A stretch of DNA of 64,000 nucleotides. Origin: Balanoglossus misakiensis. Lineage: Eukaryota > Animalia > Hemichordata. A program made the translations under genes and the position numbers. The notes under the pieces are model-generated. The model was not told the DNA's origin, made no database searches, and was given only the letters and a program-made list of their open reading frames with translations. Shown here piece by piece: positions 51,354 to 64,000 of this stretch (positions are counted from its first letter, which is position 1; each line of letters begins with the position of its first letter). Location: assembly GCA_040954595.2 (NCBI GenBank), contig CM082577.2:19070303-19134302 (forward strand). Reading direction: 5' to 3'.

Positions 51354-51984
51354 CCCTTTGAACCTCGCTCGGAGGTTTACCGCCGCAGGATGACCTTTTG
51401 ACCCCTAATTTTTCAATATGCTGACGTCAAGGCATTTTCCCGCCGACATTGTAAATCCAGCCATATGAAAGCAAGTTAGAAAGCTAGGGGACCCTAATGT
51501 GACCTTCCAAATGACTTGAAATCGATTCCTATGCGAGCGACTACATAAAAAATAGTGATATCCAAGCTGCGATTTTTAGCGAAAGTTGACAGATTTAAAA
51601 ATGGCGACCCGACGACAGTTACGCATTGATCCATTGCAAGACGAGGATGCTTTCTGGGCTCATTTTGACCGAGTACTAGTAGATAGTAGCTCAGAAAGTG
51701 AGGATGAAGAACAAGACCAGCCTGACATCGTTACGGACCAAGATGGTGACCCCAACCGCGCGAACGATGAAGAAGAATTTGAGCCAGAGCCCGCGATCCA
51801 GCCACCCCCACCAGTTCGGCAACGAGTGAGAAGACTGCCCCGTGCCCGCGAAGTAAACCCACCACCTATGATATGGCAGGGCAACATAATAAACGGTAGG
51901 CAGGCTCCTATATATAATCAACAACGTGGACCGACGAGACAAATGCCAGCTGACAGTACACCATTAGATTATTTTCGGACATAA
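51354..51984 (+). mobile_element. piggyBac 5' end with truncated transposase N-terminus (ATG 51601 to stop 51984), copy 1
   Basis: TTAA (51350-51353) followed by a CCC terminus. Acidic N-terminus (DSSSESEDEE), then W...P.Y...GP......TPLDYF, the motif preceding the piggyBac catalytic domain. Stops right after it; no right TIR found. Confidence 0.8.
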
Positions 51985-52362
51985 AGTCATCGTCATCGTC
52001 GTGTCGTGTCACAATCATTATTTTGGACATATGCTTACTGTGTGATGAAAGGTGAGAGCGCAGTCAAAAGGTCGGGCTGAATAATACAGAGACTCTGAAA
52101 ATATTGTACCTTATTCTTATCAAACACGTTGATGGATATTTTGACAATTGTGACATGTGAACATTTACAAAAAAATGAAATAAATTTGCTTCAAACTCAT
52201 TGGCAAAACAAGGACATGGAGTTGCTGTATATTTGTTATTATTGTGATATATAGGTGAGAAATATATTGAAAAATGTCTTCATTACAAAAATATGTCGTG
52301 AAATTATTGACTAGCAAGAACCATGTGTATATGTATGGCCAAGGGGAAATTTGTAACTTCTA

Positions 52363-52514
52363 CCGTTAAAGTCATTTTATAAGACGCACCTTTTTTGAGT
52401 GACAGTGTGTGCCGAAAAGGGGGTGCGACTTATAATACCAATGTTCTGTTGTATTCATTTCCTTAAAATCTCCTCCCAAACAAGTCTTTCAAAGAAGGGG
52501 TGCGACTTATAATA
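52363..52514. mobile_element. 152-bp TA-flanked pogo/Tc1-type MITE fragment, unit 1 only
   Basis: Other units read AACTTCTAGTTCTG. TA at both junctions. Begins TACCGT...TATAAGACGCACC with inverted GGTGCGACTTATA motifs. Confidence 0.6.
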
Positions 52515-52711
52515 GTTCTGAATATTAACGTTATTGCGCAGGCTACTGTAACCACATTCAAATAATACATACAATTTTCTGTTGCACCAGTGCTTTGACC
52601 TTACAGTAATTAATTACTACTACACAGGTCAGGAACACTGAGAAGGCGGCCTTAAATTATGCATTTGGTATTGGCACATTTCGGATATATCTAAATTGTA
52701 CCAATTTTAGT

Positions 52712-53360
52712 CTAGAAATATGTATACCTTAGGTAGCTTTTGTTTTCAAACAAATGGTTCATTAGGTATACCTAAATTATGGTTCATTTGGTATACCTAT
52801 TTATGGCAAAACGACCAAATCCAAGATTTTTTTTCCAACCGAATGAGGCATTTCAGGAATACCTAAATAGTACCTTTTCAATCGAAAAAGTATACTTTTG
52901 GTATACCAATTAGTAAATTTAAAGACCAAATCTGGACTACCCAAGGTAGCCCTTTTTTAAAGCAATAGGTACATTTTAAGTATACCTAAATAGTACCTAT
53001 TTAGTCCGGGAAAGTATACCTTAGGTATATTTCTAGTGTACTAGAATTTCGTAAGGGTGTTCCTGCACACCACTCTATTGCTGCACAATTCCTGCACAGG
53101 CTACCCTATTGCTGCACAGTTTCTGCACACAGGCCATCTTACTACTGCACAGTTCTTGCAGACTGTCCTATTCCTGCACAGTTACCGCTTGCCTTGTTCC
53201 TGCACTAGTGCAGCAACACCTCATTTGCATGCGAAAAAGTCGCCTTGCAGCAGAGCTGCAGCAACTTTCTATTGCACCGGTGCTGCAACCTTGTGGTATT
53301 GCTACTGCACCAGTGCAGCAACACTGTGCAGGAGGCCTTAAATTTTCATAAGGGCTATAG
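52712..53360. repeat. Two adjacent MITE-like low-complexity blocks (TACCTA/TAGGTA-rich, then CTGCAC/GTGCAG-rich), present in each unit
   Basis: CTAGAAATAT...ATATTTCTAG inverted ends (~52713/53035). Many TGCA-centred motifs between two TTC[G/A]TAAGGG sites. Confidence 0.5.
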
Positions 53361-53565
53361 GTATGCACATAATTAATGATGTTTGAATATGATACTAGAA
53401 ATGTACAGTACACTGATACACTGATCAGCTGACCTTTTGTTTACGCATACGCCATTGCTCCAGTCTCGATCTGTCTCCGAGTCTGAATTTTTCGCACCTA
53501 TAGATTTTAAAGATATTTGAAGTCTGCAAATTCACTGGCATTGACAAAACTATAACATAACAAGT

Positions 53566-53662
53566 ATAATGTACGCCCCATAATGTACTCGGCATTCGCC
53601 TCGCACATTATGTTGCACAATGTGTGCTTTCGTCCATTATGGGTCTTCGGGGCGTACATTAT
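53566..53662 (-). repeat. Nested hairpin of the G.A-mismatch type, present in each unit
   Basis: ATAATGTACGCCCC / GGGGCGTACATTAT arms. Minus-strand inner hairpin GC-GA-GGC-GAAT-GCC-GA-GT. Confidence 0.6.
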
Positions 53663-53686
53663 TCTCTAACCAATGATCATTGCTCA

Positions 53687-54159
<473 letters not shown>

Positions 54160-54344
54160 CTGTTGAGGGTAAAGTAGAGAACACATCGTCAAGTGATTTG
54201 GCTTACAGACTGACCAACACACACCTGGACAAGGGTGTTATGTCCATGAAAATCTACCTAAATATGTACATTCGCAATGGCAGAATTCATGAATGTTCCT
54301 GCAAACATCTTCAAAGAGCTACCTTGACTACCCAGTGACATTAA

Positions 54345-54977
54345 CCCTTTGAACCTCGCTCGGAGGTTTACCGCCGCAGGATGACCTTTTGACCCCTAAT
54401 TTTTCAATATGCTGACGTCAAGGCATTTTCCCGCCGACATTGTAAATCCAGCCATATGAAAGCAAGTTAGAAAGCTAGGGGACCCTAATGTGACCTTCCA
54501 AATGACTTGAAATCGATTCCTATGCGAGCGACTACATAAAAAATAGTGATATCCAAGCAGCGATTTTTAGCGAAAGTTGACAGAGATTTAAAAATTGCGA
54601 CCCGACGACAGTTACGCAATGATCCATTGCAAGACGAGGATGCTTTCTGGGCTCATTTTGACCGAGTACTAGTAGATAGTAGCTCAGAAAGTGAAGATGA
54701 AGAACAAGACCAGCCTGACATCGTTACGGACCAAGATGGTGACCCCAACCGCGCAAACGATGAAGAAGAATTTGATCCAGAGCCCGCGATCCAGCCACCC
54801 CCACCAGTTCGGCAACGAGTGAGAAGACTGCCCCGAGCCCGCGAAGTAAACCCACCACCTTTGATATGGCAGGGCAACATAATAAACGGTAGGCAGGCTC
54901 CTATTTATAATCAACGACGTGGACCGACGAGACAAATGCCAGCTGACAGTACACCATTAGATTATTTTCGGACATAA
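54345..54977 (+). mobile_element. piggyBac 5' fragment, copy 2 (start codon ATG>ATT)
   Basis: TTAA-CCC terminus and the same truncated ORF; AAAAATTGCG replaces AAAAATGGCG. Confidence 0.8.
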
Positions 54978-56533
54978 AGTCATCGTCATCGTCATCGTCG
55001 TGTCGTGTCACAATCATTATTTTGGACATATGCTTACTGTGTGATGAAAGGTGAGAGCGCAGTCAAAAGGTCGGGCTGAATAATACAGAGACTCTGAAAA
55101 TATTGTACCTTATTCTTATCAAACACGTTGATGGATATTTTGACAATTGTGACATGTGAACATTTACAAAAAAATGAAATAAATTTGCTTCAAACTCATT
55201 GGCAAAACAAGGACATGGAGTTGCTGTATATTTGTTATTATTGTGATATATAGGTGAGAAATATATTGGAAAATGTCTTCATTACAAAAATATGTCGTGA
55301 AATTATTGACTAGCAAGAACCATGTGTATATGTATGGCCAAGGGGAAATTTTTAACTTCTAGTTCTGAACATTAAAGTTATTGCGCAGGCTACTGTAACC
55401 ACATTCAAATAATACATACAATTTTCTGTTACACCAGTGCTTTGACCTTACAGTAATTAATTACTTCTACACAGGTCAGGAACACTGAGAAGGCGGCCTT
55501 AAATTATGCATTTGGTATTGGTACATTTCAAATATATCTAAATTGTACCAATTTTAGTCTAGAAATATGTATACCTTAGGTAGCTTTTGTTTTCAAACAA
55601 ATGGTTCATTAGGTATACCTAAATTATGGTTCATTTGGTATACCTATTTATGGCAAAACGACCAAATCCAAGATTTTTTTTCCAACCGAATGAGGCATTT
55701 CAGGAATACCTAAATAGTACCTTTTCAATCGAAAAAGTATACTTTTGGTATACCAATTAGTAAATTTAAAGACCAAATCTGGACTACCCAAGGTAGCCCT
55801 TTTTTAAAGCAATAGGTACATTTTAAGTATATCTAAATAGTACCTATTTAGTCCGGGAAAGTATACCTTAGGTATATTTCTAGTGTACTAGAATTTCGTA
55901 AGGGTGTTCCTGCACACCACTCTATTGCTGCACAATTCCTGCACAGGCTACCCTATTGCTGCACAGTTTCTGCACACAGGCCATCTTACTACTGCACAGT
56001 TCTTGCAGACTGTCCTATTCCTGCACAGTTACCGCTTGCCTTGTTCCTGCACTAGTGCAGCAACACCTCATTTGCATGCGAAAAAGTCGTCTTGCAGCAG
56101 AGCTGCAGCAACTTTCTATTGCACCGGTGCTGCAACCTTGTGGTATTGCTACTGCACCAGTGCAGCAACACTGTGCAGGAGGCCTTAAATTTTCATAAGG
56201 GCTATAGGTATGCACATAATTAATGATGTTTGAATATGATACTAGAAATGTACAGTACACTGATACACTGATCAGCTGACCTTTTGTTTACGCATACGCC
56301 ATTGCTCCAGTCTCGATCTGTCTCCGAGTCTGAATTTTTCGCACCTATAGATTTTAAAGATATTTGAAGTCTGCAAATTCACTGGCATTGACAAAACTAT
56401 AACATAACAAGTATAATGTACGCCCCATAATGTACTCGGCATTCGCCTCGCACATTATGTTGCACAATGTGTGCTTTCGTCCATTATGGGTCTTCGGGGC
56501 GTACATTATTCTCTAACCAATGATCATTGCTCA

Positions 56534-57006
<473 letters not shown>

Positions 57007-57191
57007 CTGTTGAGGGTAAAGTAGAGAACACATCGTCAAGTGATTTGGCTTACAGACTGACCAACACACACGTGGACAAGGGTGTTATGTCCATGAAAAT
57101 CTACCTAAATATGTACATTCGCAATGGCAGAATTCATGAATGTTCCTGCAAACATCTTCAAAGAGCTACCTTGACTACCCAATGACATTAA

Positions 57192-57824
57192 CCCTTTGAA
57201 CCTCGCTCGGAGGTTTACCGCCGCAGGATGACCTTTTGACCCCTAATTTTTCAATATGCTGACGTCAAGGCATTTTCCCGCCGACATTGTAAATCCAGCC
57301 ATATGAAAGCAAGTTAGAAAGCTAGGGGACCCTAATGTGACCTTCCAAATGACTTGAAATCGATTCCTATGCGAGCGACTACATAAAAAATAGTGATATC
57401 CAAGCAGCGATTTTTAGCGAAAGTTGACAGAGATTTAAAAATTGCGACCCGACGACAGTTACGCAATGATCCATTGCAAGACGAGGATGCTTTCTGGGCT
57501 CATTTTGACCGAGTACTAGTAGATAGTAGCTCAGAAAGTGAAGATGAAGAACAAGACCAGCCTGACATCGTTACGGACCAAGATGGTGACCCCAACCGCG
57601 CGAACGATGAAGAAGAATTTGAGCCAGAGCCCGCGATCCAGCCACCCCCACCAGTTCGGCAACGAGTGAGAAGACTGCCCCGAGCCCGCGAAGTAAACCC
57701 ACCACCTATGATATGGCAGGGCAACATAATAAACGGTAGGCAGGCTCCCATTTATAATCAACGACGTGGACCGATGAGACAAATGCCAGCTGACAGTACA
57801 CCATTAGATTATTTTCGGACATAA
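57192..57824 (+). mobile_element. piggyBac 5' fragment, copy 3 (ATG lost)
   Basis: As copy 2. Confidence 0.8.
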
Positions 57825-59380
57825 AGTCATCGTCATCGTCATCGTCGTGTCGTGTCACAATCATTATTTTGGACATATGCTTACTGTGTGATGAAAGGTG
57901 AGAGCGCAGTCAAAAGGTCGGGTTGAATAATACAGAGACTCTGAAAATATTGTACCTTATTCTTATCAAACACGTTGATGGATATTTTGACAATTGTGAC
58001 ATGTGAACATTTACAAAAAAATGAAATAAATTTGCTTCAAACTCATTGGCAAAACAAGGACATGGAGTTGCTGTATATTTGTTATTATTGTGATATATAG
58101 GTGAGAAATATATTGGAAAATGTCTTCATTACAAAAATATGTCGTGAAATTATTGACTAGCAAGAACCATGTGTATATGTATGGCCAAGGGGAAATTTTT
58201 AACTTCTAGTTCTGAACATTAAAGTTATTGCGCAGGCTACTGTAACCACATTCAAATAATACATACAATTTTCTGTTGCACCAGTGCTTTGACCTTACAG
58301 TAATTAATTACTACTACACAGGTCAGGAACACTGAGAAGGCGGCCTTAAATTATGCATTTGGTATTGGTACATTTCAAATATATCTAAATTGTACCAATT
58401 TTAGTCTAGAAATATGTATACCTTAGGTAGCTTTTGTTTTCAAACAAATGGTTCATTAGGTATACCTAAATTATGGTTCATTTGGTATACCTATTTATGG
58501 CAAAACGACCAAATCCAAGATTTTTTTTCCAACCGAATGAGGCATTTCAGGAATACCTAAATAGTACCTTTTCAATCGAAAAAGTATACTTTTGGTATAC
58601 CAATTAGTAAATTTAAAGACCAAATCTGGACTACCCAAGGTAGCCCTTTTTTAAAGCAATAGGTACATTTTAAGTATATCTAAATAGTACCTATTTAGTC
58701 CGGGAAAGTATACCTTAGGTATATTTCTAGTGTACTAGAATTTCGTAAGGGTGTTCCTGCACACCACTCTATTGCTGCACAATTCCTGCACAGGCTACCC
58801 TATTGCTGCACAGTTTCTGCACACAGGCCATCTTACTACTGCAAAGTTCTTGCAGACTGTCCTATTCCTGCACAGTTACCGCTTGCCTTGTTCCTGCACT
58901 AGTGCAGCAACACCTCATTTGCATGCGAAAAAGTCGCCTTGCAGCAGAGCTGCAGCAACTTTCTATTGCACCGGTGCTGCAACCTTGTGGTATTGCTACT
59001 GCACCAGTGCAGCAACACTGTGCAGGAGGCCTTAAATTTTCATAAGGGCTATAGGTATGCACATAATTAATGATGTTTGAATATGATACTAGAAATGTAC
59101 AGTACACTGATACACTGATCAGCTGACCTTTTGTTTACGCATACGCCATTGCTCCGTTCTCGATCTGTCTGCGAGTCTGAATTTTTCGCATCTATAGATT
59201 TTAAAGATTTTTGAAGTCTGCAAATTCACTGGCATTGACAAAACTATAACATAATAAGTATAATGTACGCCCCATAATGTACTCGGCATTCGCCTCGCAC
59301 ATTATGTTGCACAATGTGTGCTTTCGTCCATTATGGGTCTTCGGGGCGTACATTATTCTCTAACCAATGATCATTGCTCA

Positions 59381-59859
<479 letters not shown>

Positions 59860-60038
59860 CTGTTGAGGGTAAAGTAGAGAACACAAGTGATTTGGCTTAC
59901 AGACTGACCAACACAGACGTGGACAAGGGTGTTATGTCCACGAAAATCTACCTAAATATGTACATTCGCAATGGCAGAATTCATGAATGTTCCTGCAAAC
60001 ATCTTCAAAGAGCTACCTTGACTACCCAGTGACATTAA

Positions 60039-60671
60039 CCCTTTGAACCCCGCTCGGAGGTTTACCGCCGCAGGATGACCTTTTGACCCCTAATTTTTCA
60101 ATATGCTGACGTCAAGGCATTTTCCCGCCGACATTGTAAATCCAGCCATATGAAAGCAAGTTAGAAAGCTAGGGGACCCTAATGTGACCTTCCAAATGAC
60201 TTGAAATCGATTCCTATGCGAGCGACTACATAAAAAATAGTGATATCCAAGCAGCGATTTTTAGCGAAAGTTGACAGAGATTTAAAAATTGCGACCCGAC
60301 GACAGTTACGCAATGATCCATTGCAAGACGAGGATGCTTTCTGGGCTCATTTTGACCGAGTACTAGTAGATAGTAGCTCAGAAAGTGAAGATGAAGAACA
60401 AGACCAGCCTGACATCGTTACGGACCAAGATGGTGACCCCAACCGCGCGAACGATGAAGAAGAATTTGAGCCAGAGCCCGCGATCCAGCTACCCCCACCA
60501 GTTCGGCAACGAGTGAGAACACTGCCCTGTGCCCGCGAAGGAAACCCACCACCTATGATATGGCAGGGCAACATAATAAACGGTAGGCAGGCTCCCATTT
60601 ATAATCAACGACGTGGACCGACGAGACAAATGCCAGCTGACAGTACACCATTAGATTATTTTCGGACATAA
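60039..60671 (+). mobile_element. piggyBac 5' fragment, copy 4 (ATG lost)
   Basis: As copy 2, with a few substitutions. Confidence 0.8.
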
Positions 60672-61495
60672 AGTCATCGTCATCGTCGTGTCGTGTCACA
60701 ATCATTATTTTGGACATATGCTTACTGTGTGATGAAAGGTGAGAGCGCAGTCAAAAGGTCGGGCTGAATAATACAGAGACTCTGAAAATATTGTACCTTA
60801 TTCTTATCAAACACGTTGATGGATATTTTGACAATTGTGACATGTGAACATTTACAAAAAAATGAAATAAATTTGCTTCAAACTCATTGGCAAAACAAGG
60901 ACATGGAGTTGCTGTATATTTGTTATTATTGTGATATATAGGTGAGAAATATATTGAAAAATGTCTTCATTACAAAAATATGTCGTGAAATTATTGACTA
61001 GCAAGAACCATGTGTATATGTATGGCCAAGGGGAAATTTTTAACTTCTAGTTCTGAACATTAACGTTATTGCGCAGGCTACTGTAACCACATTCAAATAA
61101 TACATACAATTTTCTGTTGCACCAGTGCTTTGACCTTACAGTAATTAATTACTACTACACAGGTCAGGAACACTGAGAAGGTGGCCTTAAATTATGCATT
61201 TGGTATTGGTACATTTCGGATATATCTAAATTGTACCAATTTTAGTCTAGAAATATGTATACCTTAGGTAGCTTTTGTTTTCAAACAAATGGTTCATTAG
61301 GTATACCTAAATTATGGTTCATTTGGTATACCTATTTATGGCAAAACGACCAAATCCAAGATTTTTTTTCCAACCGAATGAGGCATTTCAGGAATACCTA
61401 AATAGTACCTTTTCAATCGAAAAAGTATACTTTTGGTATACCAATTAGTAAATTTAAAGACCAAATCTGGACTACCTAAGGTAGCCCTTTTTTAA

Positions 61496-62294
61496 GATGG
61501 GTCCCCGGGATCTTTTTGCCCGTTGCTATGGGCCTTTATAGGACACTACACTCAATTTTGATCGAAACCGTTATGAACGTCCGACAAGGGGCTTGTAACT
61601 AGTTAAAAATACACACGATTGTGTGCACACCCCCTGTCCGAGTATGTTTACGGCAGCTACCGCCCGGCCATAGGCCGCCACGCTAATACAGCAAAGCAGC
61701 GGTCAGTGATAGCGTGCGCGTCCTGTAACCACAGTAACTGGATCGAACGCTAAAAATCCAATGTTTTGTACACAGAGATTTTGTACCGTTCACGAAAATC
61801 CCTAAGGCTTTTTTCATAGGCCACGTACGTCAGTCAAATTTGCAGATTCTGCTTGTTGACAACGCACTTCCGCACAGTGTGACGGATCGTTTTTTCGATT
61901 TTCGTCGTGCTAAGAAGCGATACCGGTGGAAGACTGCGTCCAGAAACACCCGAAATCGATGACTTTTTCTGGTGTGGTACGGGTATGCTGAAATCGTAGG
62001 ATACAACGATAATATACGAAAACAAAATCCGTCACGATCTTCCCTGGTTCAAGCAACTAATGAATACGTATCAAGTTCGTTTTTGAGGTCACGGAATAAA
62101 AAGCCTTAGGCTTTTGAAATTTGACCTAGCTAATTTGCATATCAATGGCGTCAGGGGGCGCGCGCTCACAATCGTGCAGATTTTCAACTAGTTACCAGCC
62201 CCTTGTTAGACTCTGAAAACGGCTTAGTCCAAATCGGGGTGTAATGTCCTGCAAAGGCCCATAGCAACGGGCAAAAAGATCCCGGGGACCCATC
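61496..62294. mobile_element. 799-bp TTAA-specific MITE, Kolobok-type termini (GA...TC), unit 4 only
   Basis: TTAA at 61492-61495 and 62295-62298; empty site TTTTTTAAAGCAATAGG in the other units. TIR GATGGGTCCCCGGGATCTTTTTGCCCGTTGCTATGGG is perfect at the tips and imperfect to ~140 bp. Confidence 0.92.
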
Positions 62295-63021
62295 TTAAAG
62301 CAATAGGTACATTTTAAGTATACCTAAATAGTACCTATTTAGTCCGGGAAAGTATACCTTAGGTATATTTCTAGTGTACTTGAATTTCGTAAGGGTGTTC
62401 CTGCACACCACCCTATTGCTGCACAATTCCTGCACAGGCTACCCTATTGCTGCACAGTGCCTGCACACAGGCCATCTTACTACTGCACAGTTCTTGCAGA
62501 CTGTCCTATTCCTGCACAGTTACCGCTTGCCTTGTTCCTGCACTAGTGCAGCAACACCTCATTTGCATGCGAAAAAGTCGCCTTGCAGCAGAGCTGCAGC
62601 AACTTTCTATTGCACCGGTGCTGCAACCTTGTGGTATTGCTACTGCACCAGTGCAGCAACACTGTGCAGGAGGCCTTAAATTTTCATAAGGGATATAGGT
62701 ATGAACATAATTAATGTTTGAATATGATACTAGAAATGTACAGTACACTGATACACTGATCAGCTGACCTTTTGTTTACGCATACGCCATTGCTCCGTTC
62801 TCGATCTGTCTCCGAGTCTGAATTTTTCGCACCTATAGATTTTAAAGATTTTTGAAGTCTGCAAATTCACTGGCATTGACAAAACTATAACATAATAAGT
62901 ATAATGTACGCCCCATAATGTACTCGGCATTCGCCTCGCACATTATGTTGCACAATGTGTGCTTTCGTCCATTATGGGTCTTCGGGGCGTACATTATTCT
63001 CTAACCAATGATCATTGCTCA

Positions 63022-63500
<479 letters not shown>

Positions 63501-63685
63501 CTGTTGAGGGTAAAGTAGAGAACACATCGTCAAGTGATTTGGCTTACAGACTGACCAACACAGAGGTGGACAAGGGTGTTATGTCCATGAAAATCTACCT
63601 AAATATGTACATTCGCAATGGCAGAATTCATGAATGTTCCTGCAAACATCTTCAAAGAGCTACCTTGACTACCCAGTGACATTAA

Positions 63686-64000
63686 CCCTTTGAACCCCGC
63701 TCAGAGGTTTACCGCCGCAGGATGACCTTTTGACCCCTAATTTTTCAATATGCTGACGTCAAGGCATTTTCCCGCCGACATTGTAAATCCAGCCATATGA
63801 AAGCAAGTTAGAAAGCTAGGGGACCCTAATGTGACCTTCCAAATGACTTGAAATCGATTCCTATGCGAGCGACTACATAAAAAATAGTGATATCCAAGCA
63901 GCGATTTTTAGCGAAAGTTGACAGAGATTTAAAAATTGCGACCCGACGACAGTTACGCAATGATCCATTGCAAGACGAGGATGCTTTCTGGGCTCATTTT
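63686..64000 (+). mobile_element. piggyBac 5' fragment, copy 5 (cut by window end)
   Basis: TTAA-CCC terminus and start of the same ORF. Confidence 0.75.

Noticed and set aside
52055-52075. Possible piggyBac right TIR (GCGCAGTCAAAAGG)
   Set aside because: Weak match to the inverse of the left end and no following TTAA.
53057-53413. Cys-rich ORFs resembling metallothionein or keratin-associated proteins
   Set aside because: They arise from TGCA-rich low-complexity repeats that are open in several frames on both strands.

Overview
Eukaryotic, AT-rich, almost entirely repetitive DNA, probably heterochromatin of a marine invertebrate (inferred from repeat style only). No intact host gene, RNA gene or CRISPR array was seen, and most short ORFs are chance readings of repeats. 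Layout: (1) 1-22.2 kb is a ~1-kb Helentron-derived satellite. It is interrupted at 4980-14928 by six copies of a 1165-bp foldback MITE alternating with five spacers, each carrying one spliceable exon of a DUF6589-like protein, and the block is flanked by a TGT duplication. (2) 22.2-31.7 kb holds a decayed foldback element, hairpin elements, a 5-kb AT-rich degenerate repeat and a Kolobok-type transposase remnant. (3) 31.7-41.7 kb is a stack of non-autonomous Helentron-type elements, probably nested. (4) 42-49 kb holds inverted, older satellite copies with several insertions, including a HINE with a ~145-bp internal array. (5) 51.3-64 kb is a ~2.85-kb tandem array; each unit has the 5' end of a piggyBac and, antisense to it, two decayed exons of the NMD kinase SMG1. 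Several hairpin elements with dissimilar sequence share conserved tandem G.A mismatches. All family assignments come from motif recognition by eye; no database search was run.
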